This document shows, in pieces, positions 22,096 to 33,785 of a DNA stretch of 33,785 bases. The notes under the pieces are model-generated. The model was not told the origin of the DNA. It saw only the letters and a program-made list of their open reading frames with translations, and did no database searches. The number at the start of each line of letters is the position of its first letter. Position 1 is the stretch's first letter. The translations under genes were made by a program, and so were the position numbers. The DNA is from Macrostomum lignano (lineage: Eukaryota), in contig NIVC01003364.1 in assembly GCA_002269645.1 (NCBI GenBank), forward strand, positions 1 through 33,785. Direction: 5' to 3'.

Positions 22096-24097
22096 TATTT
22101 CATCTTTTAATACTCTCTATTCTCTATTCCAGCGATCTCTCTCTCCGCTTCCTAATGGATTCTGTATCTGGCCCTTGAGATAAAAAAGTTTGCCGACGCG
22201 AAATCTATGCATATGTAGGCAATGATTGACTATTAAAACTAGAAAATAATGGAATGTAATTAAGTCATCTGTTTCTGCAAGATTAGGGCAAGATTAGGGC
22301 TAATTTTCTACCAATCTTCGTACACCTGCAGGCCTATATAACCATGAAGCTTTTTCTCAAAATTAGCAAATCAATTAATTACATGCAGAATAAAAACATC
22401 CGCTTAAATTTTTTGTAGATATCAAACATTTCGCATAACCACAGCCTTGCGAACTTCAACTGCATGAGCAGTTCCTGTATTAAAGTTTTGCCATGCGTAG
22501 TACACATACGTACATTGAATTTAATTTTCGGTTTCAACAAGTGCAGATTCCGATTCTACTGATTAGAGTGAATAAGCTACTCTTTAGTAATAAACGCAGT
22601 GTTTCTGCATGCCGATCGAAAAGCTCAGCACACGTGAAAAGCAACCAAGCAATTAAGTGCAATTCCCAATCAGGAAACTAAAATGGGGCCAAATGAAGAT
22701 CGAGTACTAGCTCTCAGCTACTTATAAAGCAGGTGTAGCTTCTCACCCCTAATCAAATGCTCAGACTGCAGCCTGGTGGGCCAATGAATCCTGCAGATCG
22801 AGAGACCGCGCAAGTACCAGACTCGTACTAGCTGATCTGGAGTTATAGCCGACTCTCGATGAAGTTCTAGCAGGGCAAATCAGGGAAACGGGATCTCCAT
22901 CGAAGCGCGAGGTGAAAAACCAGGTTGAGTTCCTAGCAGGCAAAAAACCAGCGGTTTAAATTAAAACCAACTGAGGCATACAATTTGTTATTGTGGAATA
23001 CGTCGATCCTGATTGGCTGAGCTTGTTGCTACCCAGACCCGAAATGCAGAGAGACCCTATCGTGCCCCGGGAAAGCCTCAAAAAGTAACAGCTAGGTGCG
23101 GCCATAAATTATCCGATTTTGACACGGAATAATTTATGAGTTTAAGCAATGCCAAGTCCAAATTGAATATGAAAATATGCATTAAGATCGCGGATGAAGA
23201 GGCCGGAGAGTGCAATGGAATAATCCCCAAGAAGATTTCTCAGGAAGAGGGCAAAACTGTCAAAATATCACCGTGCTTGTATAAACACGAACAATAAACT
23301 GTAGTTTTAATCAAAAGAGAGAAAAAGAGCCAGCCAGACAATCTGGCCCTTGTACATGTACATGTAGATGTAGATCCTCAGGCCTGAATGCCAGGTAGCA
23401 TCTGGAGGTGATTTATGACCAGAAAAAGTATGATTGTATAGCAAAAAGGGAAGAAAAGAATGAAGAAGATAGCAGAAGAAAAACGGAAGAAGAAAATGCC
23501 ATTCCTACTGTTAGTTAGTAAATGCAGTATGCGGGAAAGAGCTCAAGTACCGGCACGTCCGTGCTGAAAGTCCGTCCTCATTGCAAAATAATGAAAGCAA
23601 AACAGAGCAGCCGATTAGGGTTTTAGGCGTACGTATTGGTGCACGAATTGACCTTGGGGTCGGGGTCCAATGCCTCACGATTAGAAAGTCAGAGCCGCTG
23701 TGTCACCCTTTGTGAGCTTGTGTATGAGTGCATGTCTGCGATCAATATCTGTGCTCCTGTCGGGAGTCACCGAAATAGGCAGAAATACACATTTGTAAAT
23801 TAAAATTTCTTTCTGGACTGATTGTTCGAGAGCACGTTTACACGTAAATTTATGATGCAGATTTAAAATTCGTTTTGCTAGCAGTCAATTATTGTCACAG
23901 ATACTAAATACGCTAGATGTTTCACTCAGTAATGTCCAGTTGGCGTATGCGTATATTTGCTTTATTTTTCTTTATGACATAAAAATATTTCGAGAAAATG
24001 ACAGTTAGCTTGCTCGTGTCACAGGAAACTTTGCCGCTTTCAATTCTTTATCTATGGCCAAACTTGGCAGTAGTGGATCAGGTGCTAGTTGAATAAA

Positions 24098-24375
24098 TCT
24101 CTCTCTCTCTCTGTAGTTGCCATACCGTCGGAGGACGTAAGCGACCACCGTCTTCCACAAAGCACGGTCCAATTGAGGCTCAAGTATTCCTAAGCTGTTC
24201 CTGTTCATCCACTGGGACAGGTTTTTCAGAAAGGTTCACTTTTCCTTCAATACGAGCTTCCATCCGAAGTAATCAAACTTCCTAAATACGAAATAGTTGA
24301 ATTTGAAAACTTGCTTCACATGTTCGCCATTTATATGATGATGTTGCACACGGGGGGCTTCCTTCTGTTGTGGTA
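24098..24375 (-). mobile_element. RTE-like LINE 3' remnant with (GA)n tail
   Basis: The minus strand gives NGEHVKQV and YLGSLITSDG (C-terminal RT region of RTE-type LINEs) in broken frames. These are followed by QLDRALWKTVVAYV and a GA-repeat tail at 24098-24112. Confidence 0.6.
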
Positions 24376-24404
24376 ACAATTATTCATTCTGTTTTCTTGC
24401 AGTT

Positions 24405-25223
24405 ATACTTCGCTTAAATGGAATATATTTCTTAAATTCGACTCTGCCCTTCTAGAGGACCAGAGTCTTATCCACGGATAGCTGGGGCATATAGCATATA
24501 GCACAGCAACTGCACTTGCTCCAGGAAGGGACGCATCTTTGCTGCAACGGCTCATCACTGATAAAGTTGATCGGATTTGTAGAAGCGCAGGCAGGACAAA
24601 AGTTGCTTGAATCGATCCCTTGACAGAGAGAACGGTTGCACCACAAAGACGCAGTAGTACACGGAATCACCCGACCAGTAGTGGGTCAGCTCCGCCTTCT
24701 TGTCAACGCCCATCAGAAGCATGATGTCTCGTCGGCCGTAAGTCTTTTCAGCTCATGATAATTTAATCTAGAAACACAGCCTCGACGGTCTCGTACTCTT
24801 CATAAGTCTTCCATGCCTTGCTGTTGGTCCATCTGCGTAGGTTCTCAAACCGATCGTCCGGCAGGTACAGCTTGAGGAAGGCTGACTCGTTTCCATCGGC
24901 AGTTTCAGGTGGCTGCCAGTCAGGTGAAAGCGTCGGAGATGGCCTGTTGTCCAGGTACCCCTTTTTTGTACAATCACCCGATCGCCAGGTGAAGCCACTC
25001 AAGGTTTTGTTCTATAACCTGGGCTGGTAGAGCTCTTCATAGTTGCTCAGCGACTCGTTATCGGTAACGATTGGGGACTCTGTCGCGTTGTCGGTCTCCG
25101 AATCAGATTAAGAACTCATGATCAAATTAATACTACGCTCGTACAGTTACAAGTACAACGCTGCTAGTAAAATGACGCTATATATCTAGCTAGTAGAATG
25201 AAACAAAAAACTAAGGAGGTTAA
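24405..25223 (-). mobile_element. piggyBac transposon remnant (5' half, decayed transposase)
   Basis: From ATG 25119 the minus strand reads an acidic N-terminus, then FLKLYLPDDRFENLRRWTN, LLMGVDKKAELTHYWS, LSRDRFKQLLSCLRF, KMRPFL and LSVDKTLVL*KGRVEFKKYIPFKR. These match piggyBac motifs in order, with stops and frameshifts. A candidate left end TTAA|CCTCCTTAG lies at 25223-25211. No matching right end was found. Confidence 0.85.
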
Positions 25224-26074
25224 CTGCACCGATGGGAACGCAAGGGCTGTGAGCGTCAAAATCTATGTGGCAAAAACTGCTTGAAAAGTTGCTTCAGTCT
25301 GGAAAGGTACACGAGCTTTAAAAACTCGAGCTCAAAATGTCTATGACACCATCTTGAACCAAGCTGTACATCGGGAACGGATGTGGCGGTATAGACGGGC
25401 AGTCAGGAAAAGGGTTAGACCGTCCTAATCCATCAGTCTGAGCCAATCGGGGGCGGTTTTGCTGATTGGGCACAAAATCGTGCCATGCAGTCTCGTCATG
25501 GTTAAACCTTTCTTGGTTAAACCTTAAAACTTTCCAATACGAGTTCTGGGAGGTCTCCAATCTCTCGCGGAATCTTCTCAATGTACACGCTGAACTTTGC
25601 TTCCAATAGATACATGTATTACTGAGAACTCGAATTAGTTAGGTAAATAAGTGTTACTCAACACTACCAGACAGAGAGAAGTTTTGCTAAATATAGTTGA
25701 GTGAACCAAAGAATCAAACTTCTCGTACACAGCAACCGGAAACGTATTGTCGTCTATTTTTTGTGCAGAGAAAAAGCTCACACCCGGGACATTAGGAAGC
25801 CAGACAGTCTAGACTAGAAACAGGATGTTCATTTCTAGAAGAGCTAGCTATCTAGGTTTGGATTCAAACGAAATAAAAAGTTAAACTGTTGTGAACCTAG
25901 ATACAAAATTTTTAGCTCTTTTTCCCTAATAGTTCTTAGTTCCAGAAGTGCGCTTCACTGAGCAGACGAACAAAATTGTTTTTTTAAACTTAATTTTAAA
26001 ACGTTTTCATATTTGGCTACTGCAGTGATTTTCTTACTTCTTAGAGCAAATGTACGAAACATAGAGAATTATTC

Positions 26075-29000
26075 ATGGATTACTTAGAGGCGCTTCTGTC
26101 AAAAAAGTTAAAAAACCTATCTAATCTGATCAAGACCGACAGTATTAGCCAAGTGAATCAGGCGCGGTACCAAGGCAACGGCCTTGTTCACGTAGCTGCC
26201 GCCAGCTCCGACCCGGAACTGACGCGGCTTGCCATCCAGGCCGGGCTGGACCTGGAAGTGCGAAACGACGAAGACATGACGGCTGTTCACGTCGCGGTTG
26301 CTAGCGGCAATGCCGAAGCGCTGAAGCTGCTGCTGCAGGCCGCAGCGGACCCGAACGCTGTCTACGGCAGAACCGGCTGGGGTCCCCTGCACCTAGCAGT
26401 TCGATCCGCCTCGACTGCCGCCTCCGTACAACTGGAGATGCTGCGCCTTCTGATGAAGAGCGGCGCCGATGCCAGTCTGACAGATGCGGACGGCAACACG
26501 CCGCTGCACCTGGCGGTGGAGGCCAACGCCGACAAGCGAGTCGTTGCTCAACTAGCTGACGCAATGGAGAATCGAGTCTCATTGAGAAACCTTCGCAGCC
26601 TGACGCCACTGGAATATGCAGCCATGAACGGCAATCGAAAAGCGATTCAGCAGCTGGTGAAGCGAGGCGCAGTGCCGCAGATTCGACTGCTGAACCGGTT
26701 TGGCTATATTGCCTACGTTGAGGTGTTTCTGGAGATCACCATCAACAAGTTGAGCACTGACTCTGTGGCCACTCTGCTCAGGCACCCGGATTTTCAGGCG
26801 CTGATTAACTACATTGTCTCCTACAAGATCAATGAACCCAATCGGCGCGATGCTCAGAGTGGTCAGTCGACAATTCTGAGCGATTTGGTTAATTCTCGGT
26901 ACAACGGTTTGGGCACCTTCAAGAGCCTGCTATTGAACAATATCAATACAAGATTCGCAAATTACCTATCTGACAATGCCAAGGCTAGATCAGCCTGGGC
27001 TGACCTGGTTATAACCTACGTCCTATTCAGAGAATCCGTATCCCTGATAAGGATGCTAATTGAGGACAAGCTTCTGTTCTTTCTAACTGACGCTGCAATC
27101 CAAGGCCAGCTGCACAATCTGTACAAAGGCAAGTTCAATCGCTACCTACCAAGCTCTTTGTCTCAGAGCTTCGTAGCGGACGATGGAGCTAGTAAGCAGC
27201 AGATTGAGCAGATGCTGCGTCGTTGGCTAAAAAGCAAATCCGGTATCTGTTTGATGAAATTCGGTTTCCCTAGCGAGGAAGCAGTCTCTATTGGTACTAG
27301 GCAGGTGTTTCGAGCGCCAGCCTTTAGCTTGATGACCTGGGCGACTGCGTCCGGTCGCTATCACCTGTTGCCCTATCTTTTCATAGCCGAAGACACGGAC
27401 AATATACCTCTCGGACTGTTCAGCATGGCGCTGCTCAATCGTCTTATGCAGGCGCGCAGCTCTGTCGGCACTCTATTCAGCCAGGATGCGGAGTACTATC
27501 GATTAGAGCTCGAAGTTCTCATACACTATCTCATATCCCGGATGTGGCACTTAGACAAGTCGCACGAGAAGTCCAACTCGGCGCTGTTCCAACTGCAACA
27601 GCTGCCCGTGTATGGCGGGGCCAGCATGCTAGACATGACTATGCAAGTTCGATCGTTGAAACTGCTCCAGTTTTCTAGCACTATCAGCGCTATGAGCCTA
27701 CTGTGGTATCGCGGCCTGTCTTGGATGTCAAGCTCTCACCGGTTCCTGTTTATAGCTTCATCATTAGGCCTCTGGTTTGTGCTGCTGATTCCGGTAATTG
27801 TGCCGACGTTGGAACGGCTGATTCCAGCGCGGTCGCCCGGCTTACAGTTCCTTAGAGTCGGCCTCCTGCTGTGTCTAGCGTTCATCAATCTTCTGATCGG
27901 GCTGGGCCTAGCTGGGCGCTACACCCTTCGAAGAATTGAGAAATTTCGACGAAAAGCATCAGCAGCCGAGAAGGAGCAACGACAAAAATTTGGCAGCCTC
28001 CTGCTCACTGGAGCGCCCGGCCAACGATGGCAGTTCGACGTCATGGCCGGGGACGCGCCGACGTCGAGCGCCGACTCCGTGCTGGAGTTTCTACGCACCC
28101 CAGCAGTGAAATACCTGGCCTTCTTGCTCACGTACTTAGCCTATGCGCTATTAGGTTTATGGATTGGCACGCGAAGCTTCCGGTACATCATTTCCGACGC
28201 AGAAATCGTCTATTGGATCTTCTTCTTCGGTTTCCTATTGGAGAACGGGCAGCAGTTTGTCCGCGCAAAATTATTTGGCAGTTGTTTCTATCGGCAGTCA
28301 ATCTTCTGGGCCATAGTGTCGGTGCTTACCTACCTGTTCGGCTTGACAGCGTTCATCTGGCGAATGGTTTACCACACTGCTCACCAATTCGAAAACAGGA
28401 CTGCGACTTCGTTTGAAGCGCGCGAAGTTGCCGACTCAACTTTCCTGGGCGTTCGCTATCTATTCGTGCTGTCCCATTCGCTAATGTTTATGCAACTCTG
28501 GCGATTCTTTTCCTCGAGGCCGTGCATCGGGCTGCTAATCCGCATGATTGAAAAACTGATTAGATACTACTTGTGCCAGTTTGTGCTGCTCATGCTGCTG
28601 GTCATGATTCGAGGAGCGTTTATCTTTGGCAGTATTTTGTATCCGCAGGTTAGTACACTCGCAGCTACCCTTGAAAAAGTTGATTTTCAAGTAGACAGGC
28701 CAGTGAGACGATGCATCGAACAGAATTAATTAGTTTCCTTGTGCACTTAAATGGATTCTTCAGTATACGGTGATGCACTCATTTGCTAGCATGAATTTAA
28801 ACTTGAAGTTTGAAAATTTAAATTGCGTATCAAGCAGGATAAAACTCGTAATTCTTGTGTGCAAATAAATGAAAGCAAAATTTGAAAAAAAAACTTTTCA
28901 GGGCTACGCAATGCACGCCAATAATGGCACGGTCACCCAGATGTCCACTCCGATCTACTTTCTAAGAGTGTTCGTGCACTCGTACTACTCAATAATGGGT

Positions 29001-29516
29001 GAATTCCTGTCAGACTATCTGAGTGGATTCGAATGCCAAGGCGACTCGATCTGTCCGGCAACTTACCTGGGCAGCTTTTTGGTTACAGTATTTCACATGT
29101 CCGGATACGCCTTCTACACCACTCTGCTGCTGCTTGGACTTCTCATCTCCTTGGTTACCATCATTGTTGACGAGCTCAACCGGAATCACATCGCTCACTG
29201 GCAGATTGCTCGGTACAACTTTGTGCAAGAGTTGAACTACTATTCTCTGCTTTATCCACCATTCAATGTGCTGCACATCTTAATTGAATGGATCGCCATG
29301 GCGAACGACTGGAAAGCCGTAGCTCAACTGTACGACCTCGGCCAGGGTTTCTACAGCCAGTCCAGCCTGATCAACAACCTGCTCAGTCAGGCGTATGTTT
29401 TGGAGCGAGATCGAGATCGAATGCTAGCCGAGATCGAGCAACGGCGAGAGCACCGGAACAAAACCAAGATTGATACTGGAAACAGTGGACTGCATCGTTG
29501 GCGTTGCTGCTTCTAG
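26075..29516 (+). CDS. TRP cation channel: 5 N-terminal ankyrin repeats on a TRPM/TRPS-type (MHR4 + 6TM + TRP box + coiled coil) body, ~1062 aa, 2 exons
   Basis: Exon 1 is 26075-28648 (donor gttagt) and exon 2 is 28902-29516 (acceptor ttttcag), joined in phase 0. There are five ankyrin repeats (LVHVAA, TAVHVAV, GPLHLAV, TPLHLAV, TPLEYAA). These are followed by an MHR4-like segment (LMTWATASGR...YGGASMLDM...LLWYRGL), S1 FLRTPAVKYLAFLLTY, pore YYSIMGE with a Cys pair (CQGDSIC), S6 LLLLGLLISLV, TRP box WQIARY, LLYPPF and a charged C-terminal coil. An in-frame acceptor at 26043-26044 means an upstream exon is possible. Confidence 0.9.
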
Positions 29517-29570
29517 GGGAACGCACTGTTGTCCAAAACCTAACACACAGGGAATTAATTTCCACCTATA

Positions 29571-29970
29571 CTCAGCAACAGTCAAAAGTTCGACAACTTT
29601 TCACTCACAATTCAACCCTCAAGTTACGCAACCAAGCCGCCCGCGAGAAAGGGAAAGTTAATTGAATCAATAATAAACGTCAGTCGCACAAAACAAATCA
29701 TTTTCTATGCAATATACAGTTAGAATCACGATGCTTAATAACGCGTGTGGGATCCCCTCGCACGCAGAAGTGCGGCGACTCGGCGGGGCATTCCCAGGTT
29801 GACACGGCGCAGAAAGTCCTGGGGAAGCTGCTGCCAAGCATTTTCAATGGCAGGACGCAGCTCCGCAACATTCTATGGTGGAATTTATGGTGGATCTCAA
29901 ATTCTGCGTTTTACGAAGTCCCCGACATCCTCGATGGGATTGGTGTCTGGGGGCCCGGAAGTGCAGAGTG
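29571..29970 (-). mobile_element. Tc1/mariner transposon 3' remnant
   Basis: The minus strand reads SGPPDTNPIEDVGDFVKRRI*...NVAELRPAIENAWQQLPQDFLRRVNLGMPRRVAALLRARGSHTRY* (stop 29737-29735). This is the Tc1 transposase C-terminus including the NPIE catalytic Glu, with in-frame stops. A probable terminus TA|CTCAGCAACAGTCAAAAGT lies at ~29570. Confidence 0.85.
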
Positions 29971-31481
29971 CCGTAAGTTGCGTCATCGCAAACCCAATAA
30001 GTGAGAAAAAGAAATCTCGCTTGGAGGGTGGAACTTTTGACTGTCGCAGAGTATTTATTATTTTTATCAACTGAAAGTCTGTTACTTGGTTAAGTTACTT
30101 AGTTAATTCTTAGAATTCTCTTGGACAAACTTTTGTTTTAACGAAGCCACGTTTATCACACCGGCTGTCGTGCACCAACGAAAAACGAACGCGTACACAT
30201 GCATACAGTAATACCGTTCAGTAAAACAAAGTTGAATGTTCAAATTCTAATTTAAATCGGTATCAAATTTTATTGAGTTGAAGTTTACGCAATGATAATA
30301 AAAGACTACGAATACATACGACCTGTACGCATATAGATTTTTCAAAATGGCTTCATTCAAAATCTAAACTGGTCATGAAAATACATGTTCATATGCAAAG
30401 TATTTTAAAAGTAAAAATGACTCGGAAAAGAGCGACCACTGCAGGGTAGGTTGGTGGGCCTAACATTAACATACCAGATTCATGAGAATTGTTAAATACT
30501 CGTTCGTATATGCATATATAGAGAGTAAAAATAAGCTTAGTTTTTTCATTTGCGATTCTAATGATCTTCACAAGTTTGTTCAACTTTAACCAAATTAAAA
30601 AAAAAATTACATGCATTCGCAGACGTCCTTTCGGACGTGTCCATTAAGTTTTTTTACCGATATTATACTCTGATAGCCCATCAAAAAGCATTTAAGAAAA
30701 CTTGTTTTTATATTTAATCAAATTATTGCTGCATGTGTTTGCCTTTAACTCACGGATTGCCAAAAACCCAAGATTTAGTTTCAGGAGCGTGGCTAAGCCT
30801 ATACACACTAGTGTATCAAAATTACGCTCGTATCAAAAAAAAGCAGCAGATAAAGAGAGAGAAAGTAATACAGTGAATTTCTATACTTATCGAGTAGGAT
30901 AATTAGATTTTCTTTTCAACAAAAAAACTCAACATCATGCGATCCGACTAGAAAAGTTAATTTACTCGTGTAGTTTGCAGGAACTGAAGCAAGTCACGCG
31001 TGTCAGGTAGCTACAATACGATTTCTAGCACACTGTAATAAACCAAAATTAACACAATAAATATACTAGCATTACCATCGAAGCACTTATCAAATATTAA
31101 AATATCACCGCTCATTTCTAGGAAAATACTTTTCGTTCAAAAACACAAATTTTCGTTGAACATATCTATAAAAAAATATATTCTAATCTTGGCTATAAAA
31201 AGTTAATCTTGGCTTAAGTCAACATTATGGAACTAGTCCCACAAAGCTTGTAGCCAGGGCACGGAGACAATATGGCGCCCCTTGCAGTAGCTAAAACTTT
31301 GTTTTAGTTGCTGCTAAAATTTAAATTATTTTATAGCTCTTACCTTAAATTTATACAACCAAAAACATCGAAGCCTATTAGCTTCTCTGAAAGCAACCCA
31401 TTGCCGCTAGTTTAGTAGCAACTGCAGTTGGTGACAAAAAGGGCAATTATTTGATAACAGAACTCATGGCTATGGTCATAC

Positions 31482-33785
31482 TCAGACAGATCCTTCAGGA
31501 TAGATAATCCGAGGTGCCAGGCAGCTCCTGTCAGTTGGCTGTGGCGACGCGGGCATGGCCAAACTGCTGCCGCCTCCGCTGCTGCCAACCCCGCCGAGCT
31601 CGATGGATTCTGGCAGCGCGGACATCGGGCTGGGGAGCCCAATGCCTTGGCCGAGAAATGATGATTGCTGCAGCTGTTGATGCTGTTGCAGCTGTTGCTG
31701 GTGCAGATGATGATGCTGATGGTGCAGCAGCGGATGCAAGGCTTGCAGGTTGGACTGTCGAGACATGGAAGCGGCTGCAGCCGCCGCGGTGGAGGGGCAG
31801 AGAGCGCACGAGAGGTCCTCGTCTGAGCAGCCGCGTCCGCTGTCCGATCGATTGCCGTCGGCGCCGGGTCCAGCTGTGGCCGCGGCGGCACCGGACGAGG
31901 CCGAGGATCCGGTGGCGGTGCCCGAGGAGGCTGGGATCGCCTGGCGGTGCCTGTACAGACTGGCCATGTCTTGGACGATGAACGGCCTGCCGCCGCACTG
32001 GAAGGTTCAACGGATGATGACGATGCTTGGAATGAATTGAACTTGGAATTGTGGCGTCACTCATTTATAACAAACGTAATCTCTTTTCAAAGCTGAATAT
32101 CAAATTACTTTACACAAACTGATAACATGCTACTGATAGCGACTGCAGAACCATGGGTTGTACTTTTTTAGTCATAAAATCCCGTGTCGATTAACCTAAC
32201 TAGCAGTTAGGAGTTAGGAGTAGGTTTGGCAGTTTGGAAATGAAGACAATATTTCATTTTTTGGATTCCTGTTGTGCAGAATTCTAAACTTCAAATCGTC
32301 CTCGTGCATCGTATTTGCGATGAAGACTCACCCCCATAGTACTGCACAGGTGAGAATGATGCGAGCCAACATCGCAACTGGCCTCTGTCAGCGGCGTCTC
32401 CTGCTCGTAATACCGTTGGTCCTCATCATCCGCGCCTTTGTTTCGGCCTCCAATGCTTGCGACGCCGCCGACACCCCTGCCGCCGTCCCGGCCACCTCTG
32501 CCGGCCCGGTAGGCGAGATCAAACAGGCCACCAGTGCACGACCGATTTATGCAAGCGACGGCTAAGATCAAAGCGACCGCCAATAGGGCCGATACTGAGG
32601 CCAGCGTGATTATAATGACGACGTTGCGTCGAGTGTGTCGCTCTGTCAGACTTGCCGCAGTCTCATCCGACGCGATTGGCAAAGAGTTGTCGACATCGAT
32701 GTAGATCACCTGTTGAGAAATTAATTATAGACAAGAATTATAGACAAGCTATCTTCGCACGTTTTGTACTAGTTAGCAGACCATGCAAAATCGTCAGAAG
32801 TTTGGTATTAAGCAACTTTATTTGCGTTGATGAAGTTATAGTGACCTATTTAGAGTTAGAGTCAGGGGGCTGTGTCCACATTGGTGCACTTAAACCGACA
32901 TTGTCGGTTTGCAGTCACCCAGGTCCCTCTCCCTGGGTGACTGCAATGGTAAAATGTCTATGGTCAAATCCTTCCATAGAGATACAGGATATTCTATAAA
33001 ATATGGAAACATTCTAGTACGAGCGTATGGCTTAGCTCCAATTCACTATCTTAAATACGAAATCCAGAGACAAGCTTATGAATCCAAGGTGTAAAATAGA
33101 CGCTCTTTCTTATCATTGGCTACTGCTAGCAACAACGCCCCTTTCCCTAAACCCTAGGAATATAGAAAATCTGGAAATCTCTGGATACTATTTTTTCTAG
33201 AACATACACACGAGCTCGGGACACTCTAGTGCAATGACTTCGACAACATCGTCCCACAACCAGCGCTGACTCCTGAGCACATACAAGCGCGCCAATAATG
33301 TTTGCAGGCACGATTTTCTAATCGTCAGGCATGTAAACTCGCTGCACGACACACCCCACGGCCAATTCAATGCAAAAAAAATTGAACCCGCGGTCGAGAG
33401 TCAGACGTTTTAACCTTTAATGTTGTCTGTTGTCTCTCCTATTCCTGCTTATTTTAATGCTCAATAGCTCACCCTGATATCGCTCCAGTTGTGTCGTCCG
33501 GCCGCCAACCACTTTGGCTATGATGGTATGCCTTCTCAGGTCCACAATGCCACAGCTCCCCGGCTACCCGAATGTCTCCGCTGCTCGAATCGATGCTGAA
33601 CCTGGCGGAAACGTCTCCGGCGCGATCAACTTGTACACCAATGGCGAGCATTCGCGCCGACATCCGGGTCAAGGCGCGCACTCGAATTACTAGCGCATTC
33701 TTCGGATGCGTGTAGATGCTGATGCGCACCGAGGTGCCATTTTCGCTGGCAAAGAAATCCTTGGCGGCTCGTCGTCCTCGTCAAT
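31482..33785 (-). CDS. Protocadherin-like cadherin, 3'-terminal exons (5'-partial): last cadherin repeat, transmembrane helix, cytoplasmic tail
   Basis: Exon >33785-33473 has DEDDEPP, DPDVGANAR and FSIDSSSGDIRV cadherin motifs in shifting frames (donor gtgag). Exon 32709-32332 has IYIDVDNS and TM VVIIITLASVSALLAVALILAVACI (donor gtgagt). Exon 31997-31482 has DSGRGCSDED plus His/Gln/Ala/Gly-rich tracts. DSGxGxSD is a delta-protocadherin-type cytoplasmic motif. Confidence 0.85.

Noticed and set aside
21753-22178. 141-aa Ser/Pro/Leu-rich membrane protein
   Set aside because: Translation of the (CTCTC)n microsatellite.
22690-23340. Possible transposon or ncRNA in the GC-richer intergenic block
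   Set aside because: It looks repeat-derived, but no termini, TSD, coding motif or stable RNA structure could be supported from the sequence alone.
25318-25581. Small gene, or LRR fragment (IPREIGDLPEL in another frame)
   Set aside because: A single short motif followed by a stop; no repeats, splice context or recognisable family.
26117-29276. Overlapping or antisense ORFs inside the TRP gene (also those within the caspase, EPHX and cadherin exons)
   Set aside because: They are shadow ORFs of GC-rich coding sequence with no recognisable motifs.
29745-30074. Plus-strand ORFs of 85 and 109 aa as a host gene
   Set aside because: Explained as the antisense of the Tc1 transposase remnant.

Overview
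Eukaryotic (animal) genomic DNA: GT-AG spliceosomal introns, AT-rich intergenic DNA, many microsatellites, minisatellites and decayed transposons, and no prokaryotic features. The style suggests an invertebrate, possibly a flatworm such as Macrostomum, but that is an impression only. Host genes from left to right: (1) a tandem pair of related caspase-family genes (369-1849 and 3508-6025, + strand). Both share an unusual N-terminal alpha/beta domain that may be a degenerate caspase fold. Gene 2 also carries a catalytically dead caspase domain spliced to a catalytically complete one, and it has about 5 frameshifts as assembled. (2) An intact 5-exon EPHX3/EPHX4-type epoxide hydrolase (13983-20600, -). 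(3) A 2-exon TRP channel with 5 N-terminal ankyrin repeats on a TRPM/TRPS-type body (26075-29516, +). (4) The 3' end of a protocadherin-like gene (31482 to beyond 33785, -). Mobile DNA includes a composite hAT-type element with an 8-bp TSD, a 662-bp foldback element, piggyBac, RTE and Tc1 remnants, and a duplicated unclassified repeat. The most interesting signals are the multi-caspase-domain gene pair and the ankyrin-TRPM channel. All domain calls come from motif recognition by eye; no searches were run.
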